Source of the DNA: an uncultured Chloroflexia bacterium
GTDB lineage: Bacteria; Chloroflexota; Anaerolineae; JAAEKA01
Direction: 5' to 3'
Assembly (NCBI GenBank): GCA_963709505.1
Contig: CAVPXC010000029.1
Location: forward strand, 1,530-65,529
DNA length: 64,000 nt
Below are positions 39,030-49,573 of the stretch, piece after piece; the stretch's first letter is position 1; the number at the start of each line of letters is the position of its first letter. Under the pieces are notes generated by a model. It saw nothing but the letters and a program-made list of their open reading frames with translations, was not told the DNA's origin and searched no databases. Position numbers and translations under genes: made by a program.

Positions 39030-39593
39030 ATGACAACCAAGATGGAAACCACATCAGATATAGAAGCGTTGCAGGCAGCAATCCGCGCTCAATGGCGTGC
39101 TGCACCGAGCGAGAAGGCCAAACGCTACGTGGGCCGGTTCTACGAAGCCACACGCATCGGATCGAAGATCGTCGCAAAGATCGAAGGCAACCACGGCACC
39201 TACGTCGTGTCCATCGAGTCCACAGCGGGTCGCGTGTCGTCTGGCTGTAGCTGCTATGTCGGCAAAGGCGGCTCGTGCCACCACTGCGAAGCGCTGGCAC
39301 ACACCTTTCTCCGAAATCCCAGCGCCTTCCATGAAGTCCAGCCAACCGCGCGCGAGGCAATCCAAAGTCTGGCCGATCTTCAAGCCTACCTGCAAGATGT
39401 GACACTGGAAACGTTGGTCGCCGAACTCAAGGCCAATGGCATCACCCAGTCTGCCTTTGCCGCTAGCATTGGCATGAACACGCGGCACCTGTCGGCCGTC
39501 AAGTCGAGCGAGTTGCGCAACCACTTCTTTCATGAGCTGGGCGCGACGAAGCTGGCGTGTCTATGGGTGTTGGAGCACATCAAGCCGAAGTGA
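39030..39593 (+). CDS. SWIM zinc-finger protein with C-terminal HTH-like segment
   Basis: GNHGTYVVSI..CSCYVGKGGSCHH (CxC..CxH); GITQSAFAASIGMNTRHLSAV. Confidence 0.7.
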   Translation: MTTKMETTSDIEALQAAIRAQWRAAPSEKAKRYVGRFYEATRIGSKIVAKIEGNHGTYVVSIESTAGRVSSGCSCYVGKGGSCHHCEALAHTFLRNPSAFHEVQPTAREAIQSLADLQAYLQDVTLETLVAELKANGITQSAFAASIGMNTRHLSAVKSSELRNHFFHELGATKLACLWVLEHIKPK

Positions 39594-39642
39594 ATCTGAA
39601 CCGGCGCCTGAGCGGCTGCCGGGCTCGAAAAGAGGACGTACC

Positions 39643-40056
39643 ATGCCAAACCCGAAAGGCCAGTGGGTTTATGACCCGAAGAAGTCGGTGTCGCCCAAGG
39701 TGTCGGATGCGCTCAAGCGAAAGGTGGAGATGGAGGCCAATGCTCTGATCGACACCGTGCTGAAGCCGCAGCATATCCAACCGCCACCAGAGGACCCGCA
39801 GTTCAACTACCTCGTGGATCTCTACGGCAAGTGGCGCGGCAGCTACTTCTATTTCTGTTCGCAGTATGCCTGTCCCGGTCCTAACGCCATCTCGCCATTC
39901 TTTGACGACAAGTTCGCACGCTTGGAATACATCGGCGGCGATCACTTCAGCCTGTCGGCCATGCGACACAACGGCCAGTGGATGGTGATCTTCCCCGATC
40001 TGTCGCTCGAAGAGTGTCTGGCTGCGCTGTGCGACGATCCGTGGTTCCACCCGTGA
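39643..40056 (+). CDS. Hypothetical protein (137 aa)
   Basis: AGAGGA RBS; FNYLVDLYGKWRGSYFYF..KFARLEY..MRHNGQW..DPWFHP; partial second copy at 38075-38177. Confidence 0.7.
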   Translation: MPNPKGQWVYDPKKSVSPKVSDALKRKVEMEANALIDTVLKPQHIQPPPEDPQFNYLVDLYGKWRGSYFYFCSQYACPGPNAISPFFDDKFARLEYIGGDHFSLSAMRHNGQWMVIFPDLSLEECLAALCDDPWFHP

Positions 40057-40072
40057 CGGATATTCCCAGGTT

Positions 40073-40147
40073 TCCGGCATTCGTTGTCCCGCATTCGTTG
40101 TGATATCTGACGAATATCACAACGAATGCGGGACAACGAATGCCGGA
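40073..40147. repeat. Perfect 34-bp-arm palindrome with 7-nt loop (ACAACGAAT family)
   Basis: 40073-40106 is the exact reverse complement of 40114-40147. Confidence 0.92.
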
Positions 40148-40171
40148 GAGGCGCAACCTTCGGGTTTCGCC

Positions 40172-40200
40172 TTGCATCTCTACTAAGCTAATGCTACAAT
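40172..40200 (+). promoter_or_regulatory. Sigma70-type promoter for the HNH gene pair
   Basis: TTGCAT, 17 nt, TACAAT with extended -10 TG. Confidence 0.7.
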
Positions 40201-40292
40201 CCTCACACCAAGAGATGGTTCCGGCTAATGATTTGGTTAACCTACCTGGACTAGAAATGCGCTGACCTCTGCGTGTAAGGAGATATGATTAT

Positions 40293-40721
40293 ATGAGCAC
40301 AGCAATGGTGTCGATTCAACTACCAGAAACCTTGTTTCAGAAGCTCAAGCGCGCGGCTGATCTTACGCATCGTCCGATCGAGGAAATCGCCGCGACGTCA
40401 TTGGAAGCTGTCTTGCCCACAACACCGGGTTTACCTGCTGACATCACCGCTGAGTTGGCTGCCATGCAATTGTTTAGCGATGCTGCCTTGCGGGCAGCGG
40501 TCGAACCATCGCTGTCACCAGCGGAGCAATGGCGGCTCCATCAACTCAATGCAACGGCGGGCGAGCGTGACCTAACCTTGCCTGAAAGAAGCGAGCAAGA
40601 GGCCCTCATCGCTGCCTACAACCGCTCTGTTCTACGTCGGGCTAAAGCTCTGGCCATTCTCGCACAGCGTGGTCATGACCTGAGTGGAATCCTCCGAGTC
40701 GCTGACTATGACGGGGAGTGA
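40293..40721 (+). CDS. Hypothetical protein with RHH-like N-terminus (putative antitoxin/regulator)
   Basis: VSIQLPETLFQKLKRAA..PIEEI N-terminus; overlaps the HNH gene. Confidence 0.6.
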   Translation: MSTAMVSIQLPETLFQKLKRAADLTHRPIEEIAATSLEAVLPTTPGLPADITAELAAMQLFSDAALRAAVEPSLSPAEQWRLHQLNATAGERDLTLPERSEQEALIAAYNRSVLRRAKALAILAQRGHDLSGILRVADYDGE

Positions 40722-41139
40722 AGTACCTCAGTCTTTACGCCGGCTAGTCAAGGCCAGGGCACAAGGTCGCTGCGAATATTGCCAGATGTCCGAAACAATA
40801 ACGGGGCTGCATTGCGAGATCGATCACATTATCCCCTTCAGTCGGCAAGGCGCTTCGACGGAAGACAATCTCTGTCTTGCTTGTGCGGCATGCAATGGTC
40901 ACAAACAGGCTCGCAGCCATACTGTCGATCCGGAGTCCGGTAAGTCGGTCCCGCTCTTCAATCCTCGGCAACAGGACTGGAAGCAGCATTTTGACTGGAG
41001 TCCTGATGGCGCAGAGATAATTGGGGTGACGCCAACTGGTAGAGCAACGGTTGCTGCGCTAGAGATGAACGATCCTCTGCTGGTCGGCGCTCGTTCGCTA
41101 TGGGTTAGTTTTGGGGTTCACCCGCCTAAAGACCAATAG
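40708..41139 (+). CDS. HNH endonuclease
   Basis: CEYC..EIDHIIP..NLCLACAACNGHK..LFNPR..HF..TPTGRATV. Confidence 0.9.
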   Translation: MTGSEVPQSLRRLVKARAQGRCEYCQMSETITGLHCEIDHIIPFSRQGASTEDNLCLACAACNGHKQARSHTVDPESGKSVPLFNPRQQDWKQHFDWSPDGAEIIGVTPTGRATVAALEMNDPLLVGARSLWVSFGVHPPKDQ

Positions 41140-41208
41140 CGACACGTTGTAACGGGTTCCCCCGAATTCCCATGGATTCCTTGCGTGAGCGTGCAACGCA
41201 CTTAATAG

Positions 41209-44200
41209 CTAAGCCGTCAATTTGGCCATCGCGCTGGCCACAAAGCTGTCCCGCAGAATCGGATCCCGAAATCGGCCTGCGATATCGTCGACGACTGCTT
41301 GCGCCGCCCGTCGTTTCTCATCCGCTTCTTCGCTGCGACCCATAGCCCCCAAAACCTGAGCCGCTCCTGCCTGTGCCTGCCAGACCGACGGCAGCATCTG
41401 CAGCCTGAGCGCCTCCGTCTTCGGCGCGCTCGTAATGACTCAGCGCCTGCTCACGCTCGCCGCGGCCGGTGTGGATGCGCGCCGCACTGAGCGCAATCAG
41501 CGGATTGAAATGCTGCATCTGGCGTTCGTCTGCATAGGCTTGTGCTTCCTGCACCAACTCGAGCGCTTCATCCGGACGGCCTCGGCTCAACGCGATGAGG
41601 CCCATTCCTGCCAGATGACGGGAGCGCTCCAGGCGGATGAACAAGGTCGGGACGTTTAGGCCCTTCCGGAACGACGCCTCCGCGGTGTCCAGGTCACCCA
41701 AAGCCAGGGCGCAGAAACCGAGGTCGGCCCAGGCGGTGCCGCCGCCGCTCATGCCGGCAGGAGTCTCCAACAGTCGCAGCGCGTGCAGATGGAATTGGGA
41801 AATTGCGTCGGTGAAGTGCTCACTGATCTCAAGATAGATCGATCCCAATGACCCCAATGGCTGCACGGTCATGAAGGGCATGTACGATTCCAGGGGCAAG
41901 GCGACCTCCAAGGAACGCTGTCCGTACATCAAGGCCTGCTCGTAGTCGCCCTGCCAACGCGCGATCTCGGCCAAGATATAATTGCCGTAAATCAGGGCGC
42001 TCGATGAATGGATCCGAGCCGCGATCTCAAGTCCCTCAGCCAGAGCGCTGCGAGCGGAGTCGAACTGGCCTTGGCGGAACAAGCAGACTGGAATGGTGGT
42101 GGACAGCAGCCATGCCTCATGCTCCCGGTCGCCGATCTCGCGGGCCAGTTGGAGGGCCTCCTGCGCCTTCAGCCAGGCTTCGTCGAAGCGGGTCAGGAAC
42201 ATCAGGCTGCTGGCTACGTGATCCAACCCCATGGCGCGGTGCTCCTTACTGCCCAGCCTCTCGCTGATTGCCACAACTTCCCCCATAAACGCGACCACTG
42301 AGTCAAAATCTGCCATGGCTGTGCACATTTGACAGCGGATGATCGCGCCTTCGGCCACGCCCGACCCCTCGTCGTTCTCGTGGGCCAGGCGCTCGGCACG
42401 GGCCAGATACTGCTCCGCTTCCTGGAACTGGCCCATGCGCAGTGCGATCACGCTGGCCAGTTTATTCAAAGCTGAGACCTGCATCCCAACATCGCCCTGG
42501 CTCTCGGCGAACGTCAGCATGGCGCGATACGTCTCCAGCGCTTGAGGGAACTGATTGGCGAAAGCCAGCGCGCCGCCCAGGCCTTCATAGGTTCGGCGGA
42601 CTAACTCTAACCCTTCCACTGCCGCTCGCAAATCCAGTGCTTTGGTGTAGAACTCGATCGCTTCGGTTGTCGCATACGAGCGAGCGGCTTGATCGCCGGC
42701 CTGCACCAGGTACGGCATGGCGCGGGCCGGCTGGCGGGCCTCCAGGAAATGACGGGCGATTTCGGCTACCTGGTCAGACGCCTGTCTCTTTGCCAGCGAT
42801 TCGGCCGCCCGACGGTGCATCTCCCGGCGCTTGCTCAACAAGGACGATTGATAAGCGGCCTCTTGGGTCAGGACGTGTTTGAACGAGTAGGTTCGCTGTG
42901 GAAAACGACTCTTCTCGCGCACCAAGTCACGGCGCTGGAGCTCCAACAGACCCTCTTCCAACAGCTGTGGCTCGCCAAACAGGTCGGCCAGAATCTCGTA
43001 GGAAAACTCGCGACCCAGGACGGCTGCCGCCTGGGCGATGTGGCGAGCCGTCTCGTCCAACCGGTCCAGGCGGGCCGTGATCACGCCGTTGAGCGTGTCG
43101 GGCACGGCGATGTTGACGATCTCACGGGTGGCGCGCCAGTGCCCGTTGTCGCGCACGACCAGCTGTGCGTCCAGCAGCGACCGAATAACCTCTTCGACAA
43201 AAAAGGGGTTGCCTTCCGCCTTCTCCATGATCAGGCGACGCACTTTTTCCGGCAGATCCTCGACGTGCAGCAGGTTCGCTACCAGCTCACGCGATTGGTC
43301 CAGGTCCAGAGGTCGTAGGGTCAAAGCGGTGTAGCGATGGCCGAACTCACGTTGGGCTGATTCGTGCAGACGCCAGGCAGGCTCTTGTTCGCGCGACCGG
43401 AAGGCTGCAATGATTAGGAGCGGCGCCCGGTCCGTCAACGGCAACAGAGACAGCAGCAGATCCAGTGAAGTCGGATCGATCCAGTGCACATCGTCGAAGA
43501 ACAGCACCAGGGGCTGCTCGGCGGTCAGCCGCTCAAAAAAGGCGGCGATGTGACTGAAAGTCATGGCCCGTAAGGTGGGCGGATCCAGATATTTCACTCG
43601 CTCGGCCTGGTCGTCGGGAAGGTGTATGCCTAGCATGGTAGCCAGGAAGGGCGCTACCTCGTTGCCACGGCCTGGGAATAGGTCCTCCAAGCGCGTGGAG
43701 ATTTGGCCGTATTTCTCGGTGTCAGCCGTGCCGCCGCGCTCGAGGCCGGCACGGCCCGCGGGTTCGATGGCCAGGCAAGCAGCCAGCATGCCAATAAACG
43801 GCGCATAGGGTGTGGATGTCTCATAGGACAAGGAACGGCCTTCGATCCACTGCATCGATACGTGCTGCGGAGCGCTGGCGAGAGAATCTCGCAATTCGGC
43901 CACCAGCCGGGACTTTCCCAGGCCCGCCTCGCCCATGATTGATACAATTCGACCCCGGCCGGCGCTCAATTCGCTCGTGGCCTCTAGCAGAGTCGTCAGC
44001 TCAAGGTCGCGCGCCACCAAGGGCGAGCGCAGACCGGCGATGCCGCGCAGGCTGCCAGGCCGTCCCGATACGGCGCGACTGCCTAGCACACGGTAGGCAG
44101 TGACCGGCTCGGAGCGGCCCTTGATCTCAATACCGTGAAGGGTTTCGAAATCAAACAGAGGCGCAACCAGCTTGTGCGTCGCCTCGGCGACCTGGACCGT

Positions 44201-44941
44201 GCCGGTTTGGGCGGTTTGCTCCATGCGTGCGGCCAGGTTGATGGCGTCACCCAGCGCAGTGTATTCCATGCGCAGGTCCGAGCCGACCGCACCGACCACC
44301 ACCAGCCCGGTGTTGATGCCGACGCGCACGTCCAGGTCAAAGCTCCATCGCTGTCGAATTTGGGTGCGGTAGCGCTTGATCGCCTCGACGATGCCTAGGC
44401 CGGCTAAAATGGCGCGTTGTGGATCGTCTTCGTGGGCAATCGGTGCGCCGAAAAACGCCAGCAGGCCGTCGCCCATCAAGCGCGCCACTGTACCCTCGTA
44501 CTGGTAGACCGGTTGGATCATGTGCTCGAACGCGCCGTTGATGATCTCGGCCCAGTCCTCGGGATCGAGCTGGCTGGCCGCGGCTGTGGAACCCTTGACG
44601 TCGCAGAAGAGCATGGTCACGACGCGTCGCTCACCTTCCATGCCGGAGCTTTGGGTTAACCGCAGCTTGGCCAGGAGTTCCTTTGGGATGAACTGGTCCA
44701 GACGCGACTCGGGTACGGCCGGTAGTTCCGTCGGTCGAGTAGCCGCCTCTGGGGGCGGCGTATCGAGACCCGCTCGGCCAGCCGTCGAGTCGCCGGCCTT
44801 GGTGCCGCAATTGGCGCAGAATTTGGCGCCGGCCGGCAGGGACGCGCCGCAATGGCTGCAGGTCAAGGCCAAGGCGACGCCGCAGTTGAAACAGAATTTG
44901 GCGCCGTCGGGATTGGCGGTCTGACAGGAAGGGCAGTTCAT
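41209..44941 (-). CDS. Class III adenylate/guanylate cyclase with double zinc ribbon, STAND-type AAA ATPase and TPR region; frameshift near 41400
   Basis: CPSC..FCFNCG..CSHC..FCANCG; MLFCDVKGST, MGDG, RVGINTG, GDAINLAARME; GEAGLGKSRL; DDVHWID; GNPFFVEE. Confidence 0.92.
44733..44771. repeat. 39-bp palindromic element in frame inside the cyclase gene
   Basis: GGTCGAGTAGCCGCCTCTGGGGGCGGCGTATCGAGACCC; 37/39 identical to 49088-49126. Confidence 0.85.
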
Positions 44942-44965
44942 GAATGGCCTCCAGGCGTGGAGCGT

Positions 44966-45184
44966 CTATCGAATCTGGCCGGCGGCCACGGGGTGCGTCA
45001 AAGCAACGAACCAGCGTGGGGCTTGCGTCAACAGGCGGCCACCGCTGTCACTGAGCGGGCGCCGCTGCTCCGCATCCAGGCTCAGCGTGGACACGACGAT
45101 CATACGGTGCTCGTGGCAATAGACGTTTTGGGTTGTGGCGGCGAAACAGGTCGGGCAGAGGTAGAACGTGTCAGATCGGGTCAT
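44966..45184 (-). CDS. Small Cys/His-containing hypothetical protein (possible zinc binder)
   Basis: FYLCPTCF..YCHEHRM; AAGGAG RBS; first gene of the cyclase operon. Confidence 0.55.
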   Translation of the reverse strand: MTRSDTFYLCPTCFAATTQNVYCHEHRMIVVSTLSLDAEQRRPLSDSGGRLLTQAPRWFVALTHPVAAGQIR

Positions 45185-45228
45185 GGGATTGGCTCCTTGG
45201 CTGAGGGATCATCAGGGTGTCTGATAGG

Positions 45229-45285
45229 AGTATACCTCTGGCCCGTGTTCGCATTCCAGATCGAAAACTGCTCACTTCCTGCTCA
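45229..45285 (-). promoter_or_regulatory. Promoter with three 11-bp-periodic heptamers upstream of a TATACT -10 box (copy 1)
   Basis: Plus strand: AGTATA 45229, CAGATCG 45257, CTGCTCA 45268, CTGCTCA 45279; same spacing as 50053-50109. Confidence 0.7.
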
Positions 45286-45344
45286 TATTCGTCGGGTTTG
45301 TCTCCGAAAAGGAACCGAGTTATCATCAATGGAACGAGGTGAAC

Positions 45345-45641
45345 ATGATGTACCAACCACGACGAACGATCGCAGTGCATCCCGGCGAAATCTTGCAGGA
45401 GATTCTCGACCAAAATCAGATCACCCAGTCCCAGGTAGCGCAGCGACTGACCATGGCGCAATCCAAGATCAATGAAATCTGTCGCGGCAAGCGTGGCGTG
45501 ACGCCCGACATGGCGATGCGGCTGGGTAAGCTATTTGGGCAGAACCCTCTCTTCTGGCTCAATCTGCAGAAAAACTGGGAACTGAGCCAATTGGACGAAT
45601 CGGTCTATGCCGGCATCGAGCCATTCCAGATGGCTTTATGA
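45345..45641 (+). CDS. higA: HigA-family antitoxin (Xre HTH)
   Basis: HPGEILQE..ITQSQVA..INEICRGKRGVTPDMAMRLGKLFG..FWLNLQ. Confidence 0.9.
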   Translation: MMYQPRRTIAVHPGEILQEILDQNQITQSQVAQRLTMAQSKINEICRGKRGVTPDMAMRLGKLFGQNPLFWLNLQKNWELSQLDESVYAGIEPFQMAL

Positions 45642-45665
45642 GCGGGAATAGCCGAATTCGCAGTG

Positions 45666-46310
45666 TTATGTGGGGGTAGAGAGAACCGCCAGGGCCCTAT
45701 AAGCTTCTCGCAGGTGCTCCTCGACACGCTGCCAGTCGCCGGCCACGTCGGTTGAATAGAACCCGGTGATGCGATCCACTACCTTGGCCGCCTGTGCCCG
45801 CCGTTCGGCGGAGCGGCGAATCGCCTCCGGGGGTGCGTCGAACAGCGCAGCATGCAGGCGAGCCAGCGATTCCACCATCGGCTCGATGTCGCCTGTGTGA
45901 TCGGGCGCTTCCCGGCGCTCAACAGCGAGTTTGCGGTGCACGACCCAGTAGTCCATTTCCAAAGCTGCCAGCTTTGCGGTATCCGCCTGAAGACCGGCGG
46001 AACGCCGGGCCTTTTCGTAGTAGCGTCGCAAGTGCTCAGTGGCCGCGGGCACGTCGTTGTCGACCGGTGCAAAAGCCAGGCTGGCGCGCACGACGTTGAC
46101 GGCTGCCGCGATGCCCGTGGGCAGCGACATACCGAATTGCTCGCGGTTGAGCTGCACCATCAGCCGCAAGACGCGCAGCCATTTGCGGTCGTAATAGGCT
46201 TGCCAGCCGGCTTTCTCAAAATAGGCGACGCGATCAGGGTCGGAAACAGATTGCCGGTCGTGTTCGACGCTATGAAAGGACGTGTTGTGGGTCGATGCGG
46301 CTTGTGTCAT
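45666..46310 (-). CDS. Hypothetical helical protein
   Basis: 214-aa ORF, last in a minus-strand operon; E..GWQAYY, ALEMDYWVVHR. Confidence 0.7.
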   Translation of the reverse strand: MTQAASTHNTSFHSVEHDRQSVSDPDRVAYFEKAGWQAYYDRKWLRVLRLMVQLNREQFGMSLPTGIAAAVNVVRASLAFAPVDNDVPAATEHLRRYYEKARRSAGLQADTAKLAALEMDYWVVHRKLAVERREAPDHTGDIEPMVESLARLHAALFDAPPEAIRRSAERRAQAAKVVDRITGFYSTDVAGDWQRVEEHLREAYRALAVLSTPT

Positions 46311-46329
46311 GGTTATCCTTTTCGCCCGA

Positions 46330-47208
46330 TTACTCGTTTCGCCACAGATAGCGGTTGATGCGAGTTCCTGTCAACCGAAAGCCGATGCGCTCGTAGACGG
46401 ACTGCGCCATCTCGGTCGAGAACAAGACGGCGTGCCGATAGCCGAGGTCGCGGGCTTCCAGCAGTGGCTTGAGCGTGATCGCGCCGCCGATGCCTTTACC
46501 CCGCGCCGCCGGCACAACGCCAACAGCATAGAGACTGGCGACACCTGCGCCATTGTATAGCATATTGGTCGCCACCGGAAAATCTTCGAGGTAGCCAACG
46601 AACATTCTCCAGGACGTTTTGCCGATGCCAATGGCCTGCGTAGCATCGACCCAGGCCTGCCCTGCCCAATCGGGGATCTCGTAGCTTTCGAGGAAAACGC
46701 GCTTGAAGTCGAGCAGGGCGGTCTCCGTGGTCACCTCCTCGATACGGAAGCCGGCCGGGACCGCAGTTAGAGCCGTTTCATCCATGTGTTGCAAGTCGGC
46801 TGCCATGCACGGTGCACCCAGCTCGGTCTGCTTGATCCCGGGCGCCAGTGCGGTCTGTTGCTCGGCCATGTCGAGCAGCCCGCGCGCCTGCAATCGTTCG
46901 CCTAGATCTGCAGGCGTTGTGTTCGCTCCTGTCCACCAGAAGAAAAACGGGGCATTGCGGGCCGCGAACCAGGCAATGGTCTCGTCGATTGCTTCGTCGA
47001 CCTGGTCAGGCGAAAGACGTGTGCGCCAAACGCCTTTGAACATTGGATTGCTCGGAAAGGAATGGTGGTAGGACAGCCCGGCGCCCTCAACTAAGTCCGC
47101 GCCGGAAAGGCCGCGTGCCATAGTTCGAAACAGCTCGTACAGGTTTTTCTGGACGGCGTTGCCCAGATCTGCCTCGGATGGGTTGGATAAAGGTGCATCG
47201 AGTAACAT
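46330..47208 (-). CDS. GNAT family N-acetyltransferase
   Basis: LYAVGVVPAARGKGIGGAI..YERIGF. Confidence 0.88.
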   Translation of the reverse strand: MLLDAPLSNPSEADLGNAVQKNLYELFRTMARGLSGADLVEGAGLSYHHSFPSNPMFKGVWRTRLSPDQVDEAIDETIAWFAARNAPFFFWWTGANTTPADLGERLQARGLLDMAEQQTALAPGIKQTELGAPCMAADLQHMDETALTAVPAGFRIEEVTTETALLDFKRVFLESYEIPDWAGQAWVDATQAIGIGKTSWRMFVGYLEDFPVATNMLYNGAGVASLYAVGVVPAARGKGIGGAITLKPLLEARDLGYRHAVLFSTEMAQSVYERIGFRLTGTRINRYLWRNE

Positions 47209-47335
47209 GTGGATTGACTTTCGGTTAAGATAGATTAGGAACGCCCTGCTTGCCAGAACTGCCAGGCCAGCCAGACGCCAAGCATGCCTGCGCGCAGACT
47301 GGAGGTTGGGGTGGCGTCATGCGGGAGGTTCATAG

Positions 47336-48158
47336 TCAGCGTGAAAGGAAATAGTTAGTACGTTGGTAGGCCAGGGCAAACCCGGTGCGCAGCATGTTGT
47401 GGTATGATGGGTTGGGCCGTTCGAGCAAGTCCTCTCCGGTTTCCGTTACCAGCCACTTGCAGCCAAAGGCCGCGCCGTCTTGTATGCGCCGGGCCATCAA
47501 TGCGCCTTGGCCGCCGCGGCGCCGGTGGGAGGGCAACGTGCTGCCCACGCCCAGCCAGCCCACGTTGCCTCGGACGTAAAGCGCGCCGGTCGCGACCGCC
47601 TCGTCGCCGTCGAAGGCGAGGTAATGCCGCCAGCCTGGACGGCCGATCGTGGCAACCAGCATCGCGCTTAAGGCCAAGGGCATGCCAAACGCAGTACAGG
47701 CAACCTGCGCAAAGGTCTCGGCGTGTTCCGGACCAATGGTCTCGATGCGCAGGTCGGTCGAAACCTCCGGCGGAGCTGTGGCCGGCCGGTAGACCTTGGC
47801 CCAATTGTCGCGAGCCAACAGGCCGCGGGCTTCGAGCCAGGCCGGTAGCTCGGCCGGTTGTGCCGTCGGGCTGACCTGGACGGCGAATTTTGTCACGCCC
47901 GCCTTGCGGTACAAAGCGACGAGATCATCCAGCATCGCCTCAGTAGCCGGCTCGCGCAGGCCCAGCCCGACGACGCGGTTGAATAGCATGATGGGGATCT
48001 GCGACGCCACCAGCGCAATCGCCGAACCGATGCGCTCGAACTCGGGTGCCGAGGGAGGCCGCCGCCGCCAGCTGCATATCGGCGCAGGCCTCGGCCTCGG
48101 CGAATTCCACCAGTTGAGCCAGTTCAAGGCTATTCGTTGTAAAACTTGTGTCGTTCAT
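47336..48158 (-). CDS. GNAT family N-acetyltransferase; frameshift near 48050
   Basis: FNRVVGLG; STLPSHRRRGGQGALM..NPSYHNMLRTGF; N-terminus MNDTSF in ORF 47940-48176. Confidence 0.82.
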
Positions 48159-48182
48159 ACTTGCCAGCGACCTCATAGATGC

Positions 48183-49459
48183 TCATTTGTTGCGTATTTT
48201 GCCGGTGGCAATATGTGCGGCAATGAATGCGGCGTCATCACCCACGCCCGCTAAAGGCCTGACTTCTGCGTATGCAGCCAGGGCATACCGACGAAGTACA
48301 GGCCGGGACAGGCCGTGACCCCGCGCTGCTGCACAGGAAACCCATCGCCGTCGGTCACGGGCAGCTTGACTAGGCCAAAGTCAAAGCGATAGCCGGCGGC
48401 CCAGATCACTGAACTAATGCCGGCGGCTTCGATATCCACCTCGGCGATCGGCTGTTGATCGTAGCCGTAGCGCAGCACGGGCCGATCTTCGTCAGGCGCG
48501 TCGATGCCGTTGCGGGCGATAGCGTCATCGATTAGGCCGAGCAGCTGAGCTTCGAATTGGTCGACCTTGGCCAGGCTGTCGTGCAAATCAAGCGCCAGGC
48601 CGATCCGCTCATCTGTCGCGCCCCGCAGGTGGCCTAGCAGCGTGATTCCATCGTGAGCGAATTGGTGCAGATTGAGATCATGCCCGCCGCCCGCGCCCGA
48701 GACGTGGGGATTGGCTGCGAACTTGGCCTTGGGTGAGGGCAGCGCGCTGGGCGGACGATCCAGAAAGCGGATCAGTTCCAGCCAATCGAAGATGTCCTTA
48801 CCCCGATACCGCCGTGGAGCTCGACCGCAGGTCCCCACGCTCAGAAACACCCTTCGTCCGCTCTTGCGCAGCTCCTCGGCGATCTGGCACCCGGACTGGC
48901 CGCTGCCCACGACGAGCACGGCGCCTGGCGGGAGGCCGGCAGGGTTACGATATTGCTCAGAAGACAGTTGCTGCACATCCGATGGCAGCCCGGCCGCAAA
49001 CGCCGGGATCTTGGCGTGCTGGAAGAGGCCGGTGGCCATGACCACGTTCTGCGCCTCGAACTCTGTTTCTTGTGTGCGGACGAGGTAGGTCGAGTAGCCG
49101 CCTCCGAGGGCGGCGTATCGAGACCCAGCAAGCCGCTCGACCGACGTGACATCTACGCCGAACGATATCGGCAAGGCGTTGCCGGCCACATAGCGTTCAA
49201 AGGTGGCCACGATCTCGTCGCGCGGCATGAATCCACCGGGATCAGCACCGCCGTACTCCGCGCCGGGCAGCCGGAACATCCAATTGGGCGTTACCAGGGT
49301 GAAGCTGTCCCAGCGCTGGCGCCAGGCGTGGCCGGGCCGGCCGGACTTTTCCAGAACGACGTGCTCCCGGCCATGCTGCTTGAGTAAATAGCTCGTCGCC
49401 AGCCCGGCCTGGCCGCCGCCGATGATGACGGTTTCTATCTGTTCAACGGCCATGGACAC
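48183..49459 (-). CDS. Flavin-containing monooxygenase / CzcO-like FAD-NAD(P)H oxidoreductase; frameshift near 48255
   Basis: IIGGGQAGLA, RWDSFTLVTPNW, VVGSGQSGCQIAEEL, IWAAGY, PGLYFVG; restored end GLLAGVGDDAAFIAAHI. Confidence 0.88.
49088..49126. repeat. 39-bp palindromic element in frame inside the FMO gene
   Basis: GGTCGAGTAGCCGCCTCCGAGGGCGGCGTATCGAGACCC. Confidence 0.85.
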
Positions 49460-49573
49460 ACTCCTTGATCCTTGTCGTCATTGCGTAGCTGCGTTATCTC
49501 TTGTTGAACGAAAGATCGACAAGAATCGTACTGGCGCGCCCTAATGACTTCAGCTCAAGATCGGTTGTCCGGT

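Noticed and set aside
35360-41200. Integron cassette array
   Set aside because: No integrase, no convincing RYYYAAC..GTTRRRY attC sites, and the genes carry their own promoters
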